Shown piece after piece: positions 18,258 through 26,244 of a DNA stretch of 35,897 nt. The notes under the pieces are model-generated. The model did not search any database, was not told where the DNA came from, and saw only the letters and a list, made by a program, of their open reading frames with translations. The position numbers were made by a program, and so were the translations under genes. The number at the start of each line of letters is the position of its first letter. Positions within the stretch are counted from its first letter, which is position 1. The DNA is from a virus. Lineage: Duplodnaviria; Heunggongvirae; Uroviricota; Caudoviricetes. The stretch is from positions 64,001 to 99,897 of IMG/VR virus record IMGVR_UViG_2675903675_000001; one strand, 5' to 3'.

Positions 18258-18349
18258 AGCCGCTATAAACTAATTTATCCCCGTTTTGACTCAGATAACA
18301 TGCACTTATTGATTTAAGCAAGTGTATGTTTATCAAAAGGTAAAAGTGA

Positions 18350-18913
18350 ATGTATCAGTTAAAAGTAGAAGAAAGTATAACCGACCTACCGAAAGACGCC
18401 ACCACATCAAAAACGGCTTATAACAATTTCAGCATAAAGTGCGACACAACCGGATTCAGTCAATCATACTTTATGTGCCAAAACGTTGTTCTCGCGTTTA
18501 AGAAGGGGAAGTTGAAGCCTGAGCAACACTCCGCTTGCCAAAAAGCCTTTAAGTGCGTCTCCTGCCCTGCTCTACACATGATGGTCAAAGAAGCAAAAGA
18601 GGGTCGTGTGTTGTATTACCGACACTACGAACCAGCAGTTCAGAACTACCCTGATAAACCAATGGCTAAACCAAAATCGGAGAAGGCATCTTGGTACAAG
18701 CCTGAAATGAACATAGCAACAACCGAAATAGTTGAAGAGTCTAGCACACTGAAACATAGCGGCATTCAGAGCGTAATTGCTCACCCCAAACCAGCCAAAC
18801 CAGCCAAACCAAAAGAAGCAGTTGCTGAAAAGGCGGATTTATCTAGCGATATCTACAAAGCCGCAATGATGGAAGCCTATGAACGAGAAGGAACTCAAGA
18901 TGCAGCACAGTAA
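18350..18913 (+). CDS. Hypothetical protein with Cys-rich N-terminal domain and low-complexity C-terminus
   Basis: C-x10-C...C-x5-C-x2-C pattern; PKPAKPAKPK linker. Confidence 0.7.
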   Translation: MYQLKVEESITDLPKDATTSKTAYNNFSIKCDTTGFSQSYFMCQNVVLAFKKGKLKPEQHSACQKAFKCVSCPALHMMVKEAKEGRVLYYRHYEPAVQNYPDKPMAKPKSEKASWYKPEMNIATTEIVEESSTLKHSGIQSVIAHPKPAKPAKPKEAVAEKADLSSDIYKAAMMEAYEREGTQDAAQ

Positions 18914-19205
18914 AGAATTAAATCACCAACCTAAAGTTAATGAGCGTTGCTGGGCGCGTTTAAGCAGCGCTCTTCACCCTCGTTGGATGCCATGTAAGGT
19001 TTTGGCTATATCAGAAAATGGCATGGCTGTACGTCTTTACATGAAGTTCGACGGTGAAGAAGAAGAAGTAGATTGCTGGTTGGGTAAAGTCACCGATGTT
19101 GTTAATCGCCAACTAGATAAGTGGGAGTTTTTGCCAGCATGGGAAGACCCTAAGCCACAAATAGGAATTGAGGTTAAAGGTCTTTGCGCTAACTCAATTT
19201 CTTAA
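18900..19205 (+). CDS. Hypothetical protein
   Basis: AAGGA RBS before ATG18900; overlaps the upstream stop. Confidence 0.55.
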   Translation: MQHSKELNHQPKVNERCWARLSSALHPRWMPCKVLAISENGMAVRLYMKFDGEEEEVDCWLGKVTDVVNRQLDKWEFLPAWEDPKPQIGIEVKGLCANSIS

Positions 19206-19255
19206 TAAGATGGTTTTCAAATTTTAATAAATAACTAATTTAGGTAAATAACAAA

Positions 19256-20569
19256 ATGAGTAATGTATTAACAGCTTTGCGTAATAAGTTAGATCAGATG
19301 AACGAGGTGGGTACAAATAAAAAGAAAGAAATGCTTGCAGAGTTTTCTTCGATTGAGCAAGGCTATATGCATTATGTCCTTAGTCCATTCATGATGTTCG
19401 GCGTTAAGAAGTACAACAAGCCTAATTACGTTCAAGAAAAGACAGTGACTGACGCTGATATTATGTCATTGCTTGATGAGTTGAGAAATCGAGATGTTAC
19501 AGGGTCACAGGCTATTCAAGCGGTTGAATCTATTCTTGCTAAAATGACAGAAGAAGAGCAAGACATGCTCCGCCGTATTCTGCTTAAAACAACGAAAGCC
19601 GGTGTCGGCATTTCTATGTTTAACTCGGTCCATGGTAGCAACAAGATCCCAAAATTTGAGGTTCAGTTAGCCACCAATTATCGAGCCAAAGGTGACTTAA
19701 AATTAGAAGTTGTGAACAAGCACGCTAAGTTCCCGATGATAGCTCAAAAGAAACTAGATGGTATGCGTATCATTTGTAAGGTTGACGGTGATGACGTTGA
19801 GTTTCTGACACGTACAGGTAATCCAGTTACTGCGCTGGATCACTTAAAAGAAAAAATGATTTCTTTGCGTGAAGCGACAGGCTACCCATCTATATATTTC
19901 GATGGTGAAGGTGTTGTGGGTTCGTTTAACGGAACAGTGTCGGCGCTTCGTAAAAAAGGTGTTGAGGCTGTTGGCGCTGAGTTTTGGGTATTCGATTATT
20001 TTCTACCTGAGTGGAAAGTTGAAAGTGAGCATAAAGAGTATAAAAACACAGGGGTTAAATTACGTGATCGTATTTCATGTTTAATCCAATGGTTTAAAAA
20101 TTCTTCTAACTTGGGTAGCGTTAAGCTTTTACCTTTCTCTATTGTCAAAAGTCATGATGAGTACGTAGCACTCTTCAAACAACGCCTTGATGATAACGAA
20201 GAAGGTGAAATGGCAAAAGACCCTGATGCGCCCTATTATTTTAAACGAACTCGCTCTTGGTGGAAGTTGAAAGATGAGAACGAGGCGGATGGTGAAATTA
20301 TCGGGTTTAAGCCTGGTGATCCAGACGGTGCGTTTAAAGACACTTTAGGTTCAGTAACCGTCCGACTTGAAAACGGTGTTGTCGTAGATGCGTTAGGTAT
20401 CAAGCATCAGTATCTTGATGAAATTTGGAACAACCAAGATAAATTCATGGGCCGGATTGTTAAGGTTAATTTCCATGAATACACGCCTGACGGTAGCTTG
20501 CGCCACCCTCGCCTAAAATGGCCGTCTTGTTTACGTGACGATTCTGACCGAATTGGAGATAAAGAATAG
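19256..20569 (+). CDS. lig: ATP-dependent DNA ligase
   Basis: Motif I AQKKLDGMRI (KxDGxR), YFDGEG, EEGEMAKD, RTRSWWKLK, C-terminal OB fold ending SLRHPR. Confidence 0.93.
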   Translation: MSNVLTALRNKLDQMNEVGTNKKKEMLAEFSSIEQGYMHYVLSPFMMFGVKKYNKPNYVQEKTVTDADIMSLLDELRNRDVTGSQAIQAVESILAKMTEEEQDMLRRILLKTTKAGVGISMFNSVHGSNKIPKFEVQLATNYRAKGDLKLEVVNKHAKFPMIAQKKLDGMRIICKVDGDDVEFLTRTGNPVTALDHLKEKMISLREATGYPSIYFDGEGVVGSFNGTVSALRKKGVEAVGAEFWVFDYFLPEWKVESEHKEYKNTGVKLRDRISCLIQWFKNSSNLGSVKLLPFSIVKSHDEYVALFKQRLDDNEEGEMAKDPDAPYYFKRTRSWWKLKDENEADGEIIGFKPGDPDGAFKDTLGSVTVRLENGVVVDALGIKHQYLDEIWNNQDKFMGRIVKVNFHEYTPDGSLRHPRLKWPSCLRDDSDRIGDKE

Positions 20570-20571
20570 CT

Positions 20572-20606
20572 TAGGTATTTACATACTTATATAAATCATT
20601 TATATT
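20572..20606 (+). promoter_or_regulatory. Operator TAGGTA-tttaca-TACTTA enclosing the -35 of a TTTACA-17-TATATT promoter
   Basis: 12/12 motif; -35 at 20578-20583, -10 at 20601-20606. Confidence 0.75.
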
Positions 20607-20612
20607 CAGTTC

Positions 20613-20827
20613 CATCCTCCTTGGTTAATTACAATGTAAAGGGTTGTGCGCGTTTGTCGGAGTGGTTAAACGCTCAACCTTAAAGTTAAACACAGTGAGA
20701 GACGACTCACCACCGTCTCAATCTGTTACGCGGTAACTGATTTTTCGCTGAAATTGGTTACTCGGTAGCAGAGCTACAGTGCCCTTAAATGTCGTACCAA
20801 TAAAGAGCCTAACGGCTCTTTATTTTT
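20613..20827 (+). ncRNA. Candidate ~215-nt structured non-coding RNA
   Basis: Bounded by a promoter and an intrinsic terminator; no plus-strand ORF in the track; hairpins at 20642-20679, 20692-20726, 20733-20761 and 20765-20777. Confidence 0.5.
20799..20827 (+). terminator. Intrinsic terminator aataaagagcc-taac-ggctctttatt-ttt
   Basis: Perfect 11-bp stem with T-tract. Confidence 0.8.
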
Positions 20828-20846
20828 ATCATGAGAAAGGTGAACA

Positions 20847-21059
20847 GTGAGAAGAAGAAGTTTTATCAAGTCATTATCTTTACTGGCTTTTGCCCCTATT
20901 ACAGTAAATGCCGCGGTAAAAGAATCCCAAACGCCTAAACCAGAAAATAAAAACGCTGATATTACGGGCAATTCAGAATGCTCAATGAATTTCGATAGTA
21001 AAGGCTTGCGTGTTTACGATGAACGCGGAAATCTTAGAATACAGTTTGGCGAGCTATGA
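20847..21059 (+). CDS. Small protein with twin-arginine (Tat)-like signal peptide and gpJ-like C-terminal motif
   Basis: AAAGGTG RBS, GTG start; MRRRSFIKSLSLLAFAPITVNA|A; ends VYDERGNLRIQFGEL; ATGA-coupled to the next ORF. Confidence 0.65.
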   Translation: MRRRSFIKSLSLLAFAPITVNAAVKESQTPKPENKNADITGNSECSMNFDSKGLRVYDERGNLRIQFGEL

Positions 21060-21568
21060 ACGGTAAAGATATGATTAGTTGGGGTGATAGTGTTTCTAGA
21101 CATACGGATGTTATGTCACCTAACGCACGTCGATACTACAATGAACAGTATGTAGCTAATTTCAATCGTCACGTAAGAGAAGGTGAATCCATAGCCAAAA
21201 AATTACTAATGAATGTCAGAACTATCGATGGTCGAATGAATAAACGACATCTTACTGTGGGGATTAAGGTTGCTAAGATAGTCGGCGGCTGTCGGGGTGG
21301 TGGAAAAATAAAACTAACCTCTGATGTTCTTTCTCATTTTATTGAACGTGAAGAAGTTGCCTTTTGTGTCAGCGATTTTCCAAGACACTACCAAGAATCT
21401 TTTGATCATAGGTTTAATAGCGTAGATATCAAAACAAGTCGATATAGATTAGTTGAGTGTTTTAGTGAAATGTTTGGCAGAAAGATTTGTTGTTATTTTC
21501 TCGTTGAAACATCTATTGATTGGCTATATAGCAATGCAATTGTACAAAATAGGCTTTCGTTGTCTTAA
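21056..21568 (+). CDS. Hypothetical protein
   Basis: 170-aa ORF translationally coupled to the upstream gene. Confidence 0.6.
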   Translation: MNGKDMISWGDSVSRHTDVMSPNARRYYNEQYVANFNRHVREGESIAKKLLMNVRTIDGRMNKRHLTVGIKVAKIVGGCRGGGKIKLTSDVLSHFIEREEVAFCVSDFPRHYQESFDHRFNSVDIKTSRYRLVECFSEMFGRKICCYFLVETSIDWLYSNAIVQNRLSLS

Positions 21569-21619
21569 CGCCCAATTATTCAGTTAACTCTATTTTAATT
21601 TATTAAAACCCCCTCTTGT

Positions 21620-21650
21620 GACTCCCGACTATGAAGGTCTGGAGTCTTTT
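21620..21650 (+). terminator. Hairpin gactcc-cgactatgaaggtct-ggagtc followed by tttt
   Basis: GC-rich stem plus T-run downstream of ORF 21056-21568. Confidence 0.5.
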
Positions 21651-21738
21651 TAATTTATCGTCTATATTTACCTTATAAGAAAAAATACAACTTTCGTTAT
21701 TTACTTCAATAAGTAATTAATAAAAATAAGGCATTCTT

Positions 21739-22842
21739 ATGAATAATAATAAAGATCCGTATCGTAAAAATGAACATGTAGGAGTAAATGTAATTCAATA
21801 TTTAAATGTGATAGGTAGTCAATCACTTACCACATTGGAAAATAAAAACATTAATGGAAATATGATAAAAGATTTAATTAGTATATGGGTAAAGGTTTCC
21901 CTACTATTAACAAGGCGACGACCTGAGATTGCTGTTTCGTCATTACTTACTCATGTAATACCTGTAATTGGTGAAACTAGAATATTGGAATGTGACAAAA
22001 TTAAACTAAATCGAGTGTTTAATTACCTACTGTCCGAAGGCAAGATAAGTGAAGCGAAAAGAGTTTTCGCTCTTACAAAGCAATTTCTTACATGGTGTGA
22101 GCACCAAGGTTATATAGAGCACAACCCACTATCATCGATGACAAGAAAAGACATTGGGGGGAAATCTTCTGAGCCAAGGACTAGGGTACTATCTGACGCC
22201 GAAATATGGTGCTTTTGGCATGGCTTAGATATGTGGGATTTAAGCGAGTCCGTTCGATGGGGCCTAAGATTATGCTTACTAAGCGCTAGACGCCCTGACG
22301 AAGTGTTTAAGGCTCGAAAATCCGAGTTCAATCTAGATGCCGGTATATGGAGACAAGGCTCAAGAAACAAATCACGACGTGAGCATACTTTGCCTATAAG
22401 CCCCTTAATGCGAGTTTGTATTGAGAGGCTTTTGGCTGCAACGCCTGACGGTGAGTGGCTGTGCCCAGCTAAAACATCAATAAACAAACCTATTTCAAAA
22501 GGGGCGCCTGCCCAGGCGGTTAGAAGAATGATCCGCAGCCGTGAATTGTTTGGTTTAGATGAGTTTATGCCTCGTGACTTACGAAGAACGGCTAGAACGA
22601 AGCTGGCGGCTCTTGGTGTGCATAATGATGTATCACGTAAGATAATGAACCACGCACTTGAGGGCATAGATAGGGTGTACGATAGACATGATTATTTTGA
22701 TCAGATGACAGAAGCGCTTGAACTATATTCTAATGAGATAGAGCGGATTGTGGAAGCAGGGTCGTATAGAGAGTTGAAACATGATTATCAGCTAGGGGGG
22801 TTAAGCATTCCCCCTAGCTCAAAAATTTATTGTTTCAATTAA
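21739..22842 (+). CDS. Tyrosine recombinase/integrase
   Basis: SARRPDEV (catalytic R), KSRREH, PRDLRRT (HxxR position), IMNH, VYDRHDY (catalytic Y). The start may be ATG21862. Confidence 0.9.
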   Translation: MNNNKDPYRKNEHVGVNVIQYLNVIGSQSLTTLENKNINGNMIKDLISIWVKVSLLLTRRRPEIAVSSLLTHVIPVIGETRILECDKIKLNRVFNYLLSEGKISEAKRVFALTKQFLTWCEHQGYIEHNPLSSMTRKDIGGKSSEPRTRVLSDAEIWCFWHGLDMWDLSESVRWGLRLCLLSARRPDEVFKARKSEFNLDAGIWRQGSRNKSRREHTLPISPLMRVCIERLLAATPDGEWLCPAKTSINKPISKGAPAQAVRRMIRSRELFGLDEFMPRDLRRTARTKLAALGVHNDVSRKIMNHALEGIDRVYDRHDYFDQMTEALELYSNEIERIVEAGSYRELKHDYQLGGLSIPPSSKIYCFN

Positions 22843-23228
22843 GACTTTAAACTTTCTTCTATCGCCTTCACTGCTGCTTCTGACTTAATTCTAGAAACAT
22901 CCTCATCTACAGAGCTTCCCTTAGCGGCTCTGTAGGCTTCAATAACTCGTTTTTCATCATTTGTTAATATTTCCGCATGTCTTTCATAAATAGCAAAAAC
23001 TTCAGGGTATCTGCTTTGCATCACAATGCGGAACAACAAAGCCTCATCTATATTTAGCGCTTTGGCGAATGGAGTTATTTTTTCAGGTGGAAAAAGCATT
23101 TTTCCACTTTTAATCATCGATATATTATTATGGGCGGTGTAACCAACTTCCTCAGCTATTTGTGACTGCGATTTGCCGCTCGTTAGAATAGCAGCAGATA
23201 TAAAGTCTCCAATTACGTTTTTACTCAT
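22839..23228 (-). CDS. XRE-family HTH repressor (probable immunity repressor)
   Basis: KSQSQIAEEVGYTAHNNISMIKSGK...FAKALNID helix-turn-helix; divergent promoter region containing operator-like motifs. Confidence 0.85.
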   Translation of the reverse strand: MSKNVIGDFISAAILTSGKSQSQIAEEVGYTAHNNISMIKSGKMLFPPEKITPFAKALNIDEALLFRIVMQSRYPEVFAIYERHAEILTNDEKRVIEAYRAAKGSSVDEDVSRIKSEAAVKAIEESLKS

Positions 23229-23301
23229 TTTGTCTTCGCCTTGTATTAATTAATTTGTCACGTTCTTTTTAATGTTTTCAATATACACTTATACAAACTT
23301 A

Positions 23302-23484
23302 TAAGTAAATACATATCTATTAAAGTACACTAAGGTATATGCAAGTAAAGATTGATTTATCCTATTTACTTGATCCAGATCGATAAATTTAATCTATAAG
23401 TAAAAGTTATTGCAATCTATTATCATGTATCATTATAATCAGGCGCAAAGAAAACCTATGAAAAAATAGGTTACTAACTACATA
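23302..23484. promoter_or_regulatory. Divergent control region: operators at 23302-23319 (minus) and 23467-23484 (plus); rightward promoter TTGCAA(23410)-18-TATAAT(23434)
   Basis: Motifs read directly from the sequence. Confidence 0.65.
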
Positions 23485-23501
23485 CAATGGGCAGCAATTA
23501 A

Positions 23502-23717
23502 ATGACATCATTAGTAAATTTTTTTGGCAAGATTGTAATAGGGACGGCAGTTCTAGTAAGCGACAATGAGTTTGGCGAACTCATGGGGGAACACGCTCTT
23601 ACCAAAGATACAATTTACTCAAGTAGCAGTTTGCTAATCCACACTCTGACCACAGGTGAAAAAGTTTACACAATGACAGACAGCGGTATAGAAAAAGTAT
23701 TAACTCGCATCAAGTAA
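23502..23717 (+). CDS. Small hypothetical protein, first gene of the rightward operon
   Basis: Downstream of a strong promoter and followed by a terminator. Confidence 0.65.
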   Translation: MTSLVNFFGKIVIGTAVLVSDNEFGELMGEHALTKDTIYSSSSLLIHTLTTGEKVYTMTDSGIEKVLTRIK

Positions 23718-23729
23718 CCCACCTACATT

Positions 23730-23768
23730 AAAAAAAGCGTACAGATTGACTGCCTGTACGCTTTTTTT
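23730..23768. terminator. Bidirectional intrinsic terminator aaaaaaagcgtacag-9nt-ctgtacgcttttttt
   Basis: Perfect 15-bp inverted repeat including A/T tracts. Confidence 0.85.
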
Positions 23769-23817
23769 ATTATGCTTCCAACAAAATACACACATAGCAA
23801 AAGGCACATTAAACTCA

Positions 23818-26067
23818 ATGAGTGAAAAATCATCAATAAGACCGGAAGTGTTAAGTTTCCGCGATTCTTTGCAGACAGTAGTCAGCTTACTTACATCAAG
23901 AAAAATTCGTGTTGTGGATTTCGGCACGAGTGCTTACTGCGCTCACGACAAGAAAACTGGCGAACTACTTTACATCAACATACCATCCATACCGGATAGC
24001 GCCTCTGACGCACTTTTATGCGCTATTCGCGGATTTGTAGATCACGAGGTCGCCCACGTACTCTTCACCAACCCAAAAATCAGCACAATGATGAGTAGTA
24101 AGGTTTCTCACGCTCTTTGGAATGTTGTTGAAGATACCTTCATTGAAAGAAAAATGTCATCTATGTTCACGGGGAGTCGGAAAAATTTAATAAAAGTTCA
24201 AAAGCATCTTATCGAGAGCTTTTTTGAGCCTAAGATAGACACGTACATTCGGGAATATGGGAAAAACAACAAAGGTCTTTTCCTTGATATATTCTTAATG
24301 CCTGTATCTCGCGCATATTGCGGACATGGCCCTTTTATAGAGTTTATGGAGCCTTACTGGGGTCGATTCAGTGAAGAACTGGCTGTTCTTGATTCCATCA
24401 ATTACAAAACTCGAATTAATAGAATAACAAAGTCAGAAGGTTCAGCTAAGTTAGCCGCCGATCTACTACGCGCTTTTCGAGAAAAAAAGAAGGAAGAAGA
24501 GAAGCTCAAAGATCCAACACCAAAACCCGAAGAGCCAACGTCTGAGTCAGAAAAGCCCGAAGACGAGGAGAAAGACAAAACAACGTCAAAACCTTCTAAG
24601 AAAGCTGTTAAGGAAGAAGAAGAAAAAGATCCATTACCTGAGCCTTCCGAAAAAACAGAAGAACTGGAGCCAAAAGAAGAAGAAAAAAAAGAGGATGAAA
24701 AAAGTACGTCTTCACCTACTGATGAAAAGGAGGAAAAAAATAGTCATGATGATACATCGGAACCTGTAGAGCCAGAAGACCATGAACCGTCTCTAGAAGA
24801 CCACGATCCTTTAGAAGAGGGTAAACATGATCGGGAGTCAGAAAGTCGTGACAAAGGTTCAGTTGATGATTTTGGTGGTGGTGGTGATGGTGACACAGCC
24901 GATTCTTTACATGATGAAGACAGTGAAGAAGAAGGTGAAGAAAGCGAAAAGGGTTCAGAACCAAAAGAAGACAGCGAAGAAAGCGAAGAGGAAGAACTTT
25001 CGGCTGATGATATGAAGGAACTTGACTCAAAAGATGCCCCTGAGTCAAAAAGCATCGAGGATGCTTCTAGTGAGCTTATAGCAAGTGAAATGAAATCAAT
25101 AAGCGGTAGCACTTATCTACCTTTTTCTCGCGTTAACGATTTTATGGGACCTTTAGAAGATGCTCACAAAGCAATAAGTGAAGATGCGGTTTCTTTACCT
25201 GATGCCCCGTGGAAAAACAAAAATGCTCGTCGCTACATATTTGATGAAGATTTAGGTTTAATTAGTTTTAGACATAACATCGAAAGAAAGCTAACAAGCA
25301 AATCCAGCACATTGGCAAAAGACCTTGAAAGAGCCATAGCAAGCCGAAATAGAGTTCAGAAAGTTGGTGGGCTGCGTAGAGGTAAGGTTAATCCGTCAAG
25401 CTTATGGAAAATAGCAGTCCCCAGCATTAACGACGACCGTGTATTTTCTCGAAAAGAAGAGCACAGAGCGGTAAACGCTGCGGTGCAAATCGTTATCGAT
25501 TTATCTGGATCTATGGGTGGGTCACGAATTGCGCTTGCAACAACCGCAGCCTACGCACTATCGGACGCGCTAGATAAAATAAAAGTTCCAAATATTATAA
25601 CCGGCTTCACTACTGTCGGTATTTATGACACACATGAATCAAGCAGAGTTGAGCCTCTTTTCTTACCTACTTTGAAAAAATGGAATGAAAAATCAAACTC
25701 ATCAATCGTTAGAGCTAGATTAGGTAGTTGTTGTGATTTACTCCCTTTGAAAAACAACGTTGATGGGGAAAGCATTCTTGCCCTATCTCGTCATCACGTC
25801 GGAAGAACAGAGGATAGACAGATAATGCTTGTTTTATCTGACGGAGAACCTGCCGCGCGAGGCCACAACTTTAGACCTCACTTGATTGAAACTGCGGATT
25901 ATCTATTGAACAAAGCGAAGATAGATTTGTTAGCGGTGGGCATTCAAACAGATGCACCGTCTCATTATTATAAATACCATACAAAGGTGGATTCTCTTGA
26001 TGATTTACCCAAAACAGTGATTGCCGCTATCCGCAATATTTTGCTTGGAAATGGTATTTCATTCTAA
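23818..26067 (+). CDS. CobT-like VWA protein (N-terminal HExxH, acidic linker, C-terminal MIDAS)
   Basis: DHEVAH; long E/D/K-rich linker; IDLSGSMGG, LSDGEP. Probable start ATG23818. Confidence 0.85.
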   Translation: MSEKSSIRPEVLSFRDSLQTVVSLLTSRKIRVVDFGTSAYCAHDKKTGELLYINIPSIPDSASDALLCAIRGFVDHEVAHVLFTNPKISTMMSSKVSHALWNVVEDTFIERKMSSMFTGSRKNLIKVQKHLIESFFEPKIDTYIREYGKNNKGLFLDIFLMPVSRAYCGHGPFIEFMEPYWGRFSEELAVLDSINYKTRINRITKSEGSAKLAADLLRAFREKKKEEEKLKDPTPKPEEPTSESEKPEDEEKDKTTSKPSKKAVKEEEEKDPLPEPSEKTEELEPKEEEKKEDEKSTSSPTDEKEEKNSHDDTSEPVEPEDHEPSLEDHDPLEEGKHDRESESRDKGSVDDFGGGGDGDTADSLHDEDSEEEGEESEKGSEPKEDSEESEEEELSADDMKELDSKDAPESKSIEDASSELIASEMKSISGSTYLPFSRVNDFMGPLEDAHKAISEDAVSLPDAPWKNKNARRYIFDEDLGLISFRHNIERKLTSKSSTLAKDLERAIASRNRVQKVGGLRRGKVNPSSLWKIAVPSINDDRVFSRKEEHRAVNAAVQIVIDLSGSMGGSRIALATTAAYALSDALDKIKVPNIITGFTTVGIYDTHESSRVEPLFLPTLKKWNEKSNSSIVRARLGSCCDLLPLKNNVDGESILALSRHHVGRTEDRQIMLVLSDGEPAARGHNFRPHLIETADYLLNKAKIDLLAVGIQTDAPSHYYKYHTKVDSLDDLPKTVIAAIRNILLGNGISF

Positions 26068-26090
26068 TCAATCCGCGTACCTATGTTTAT

Positions 26091-26121
26091 AAAGAAAGCC
26101 TAGCTCCCATAGTATTTATAT
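26091..26121 (+). repeat. 31-bp exact copy of 13106-13136 (aaagaaagcctagctcccatagtatttatat)
   Basis: Direct comparison of the two intergenic regions. Confidence 0.9.
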
Positions 26122-26154
26122 AGTTCTTTCTTAGAAATAAATTAAAAATAAACA

Positions 26155-26172
26155 TAGGTACTTACTTACTCA
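26155..26172 (+). promoter_or_regulatory. Operator-like motif taggta-cttact-tactca
   Basis: 11/12 match, upstream of the AAA+ gene. Confidence 0.6.
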
Positions 26173-26244
26173 CCTAATATATTTATGTAATATGTCCTTA
26201 TAGATTTTTACAGTTTACAAAAAACAATTCTAAGGTAAAAGAAA

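Noticed and set aside
20648-20735. tRNA-like start (gcgcgtttgtcggagtggttaaacgctcaaccttaaagtt) suggesting tRNA-Leu(UAA)
   Set aside because: The anticodon loop would be 6 nt, and there is no GTTC T-arm or matching acceptor/CCA at the right distance; kept only as part of the ncRNA candidate.
20774-20971. Minus-strand 65-aa ORF overlapping the terminator and the Tat ORF
   Set aside because: It crosses a clear terminator and a better-supported plus-strand gene, and has no motif.
22110-22667. Minus-strand 185-aa ORF
   Set aside because: Entirely antisense to the recombinase catalytic domain.
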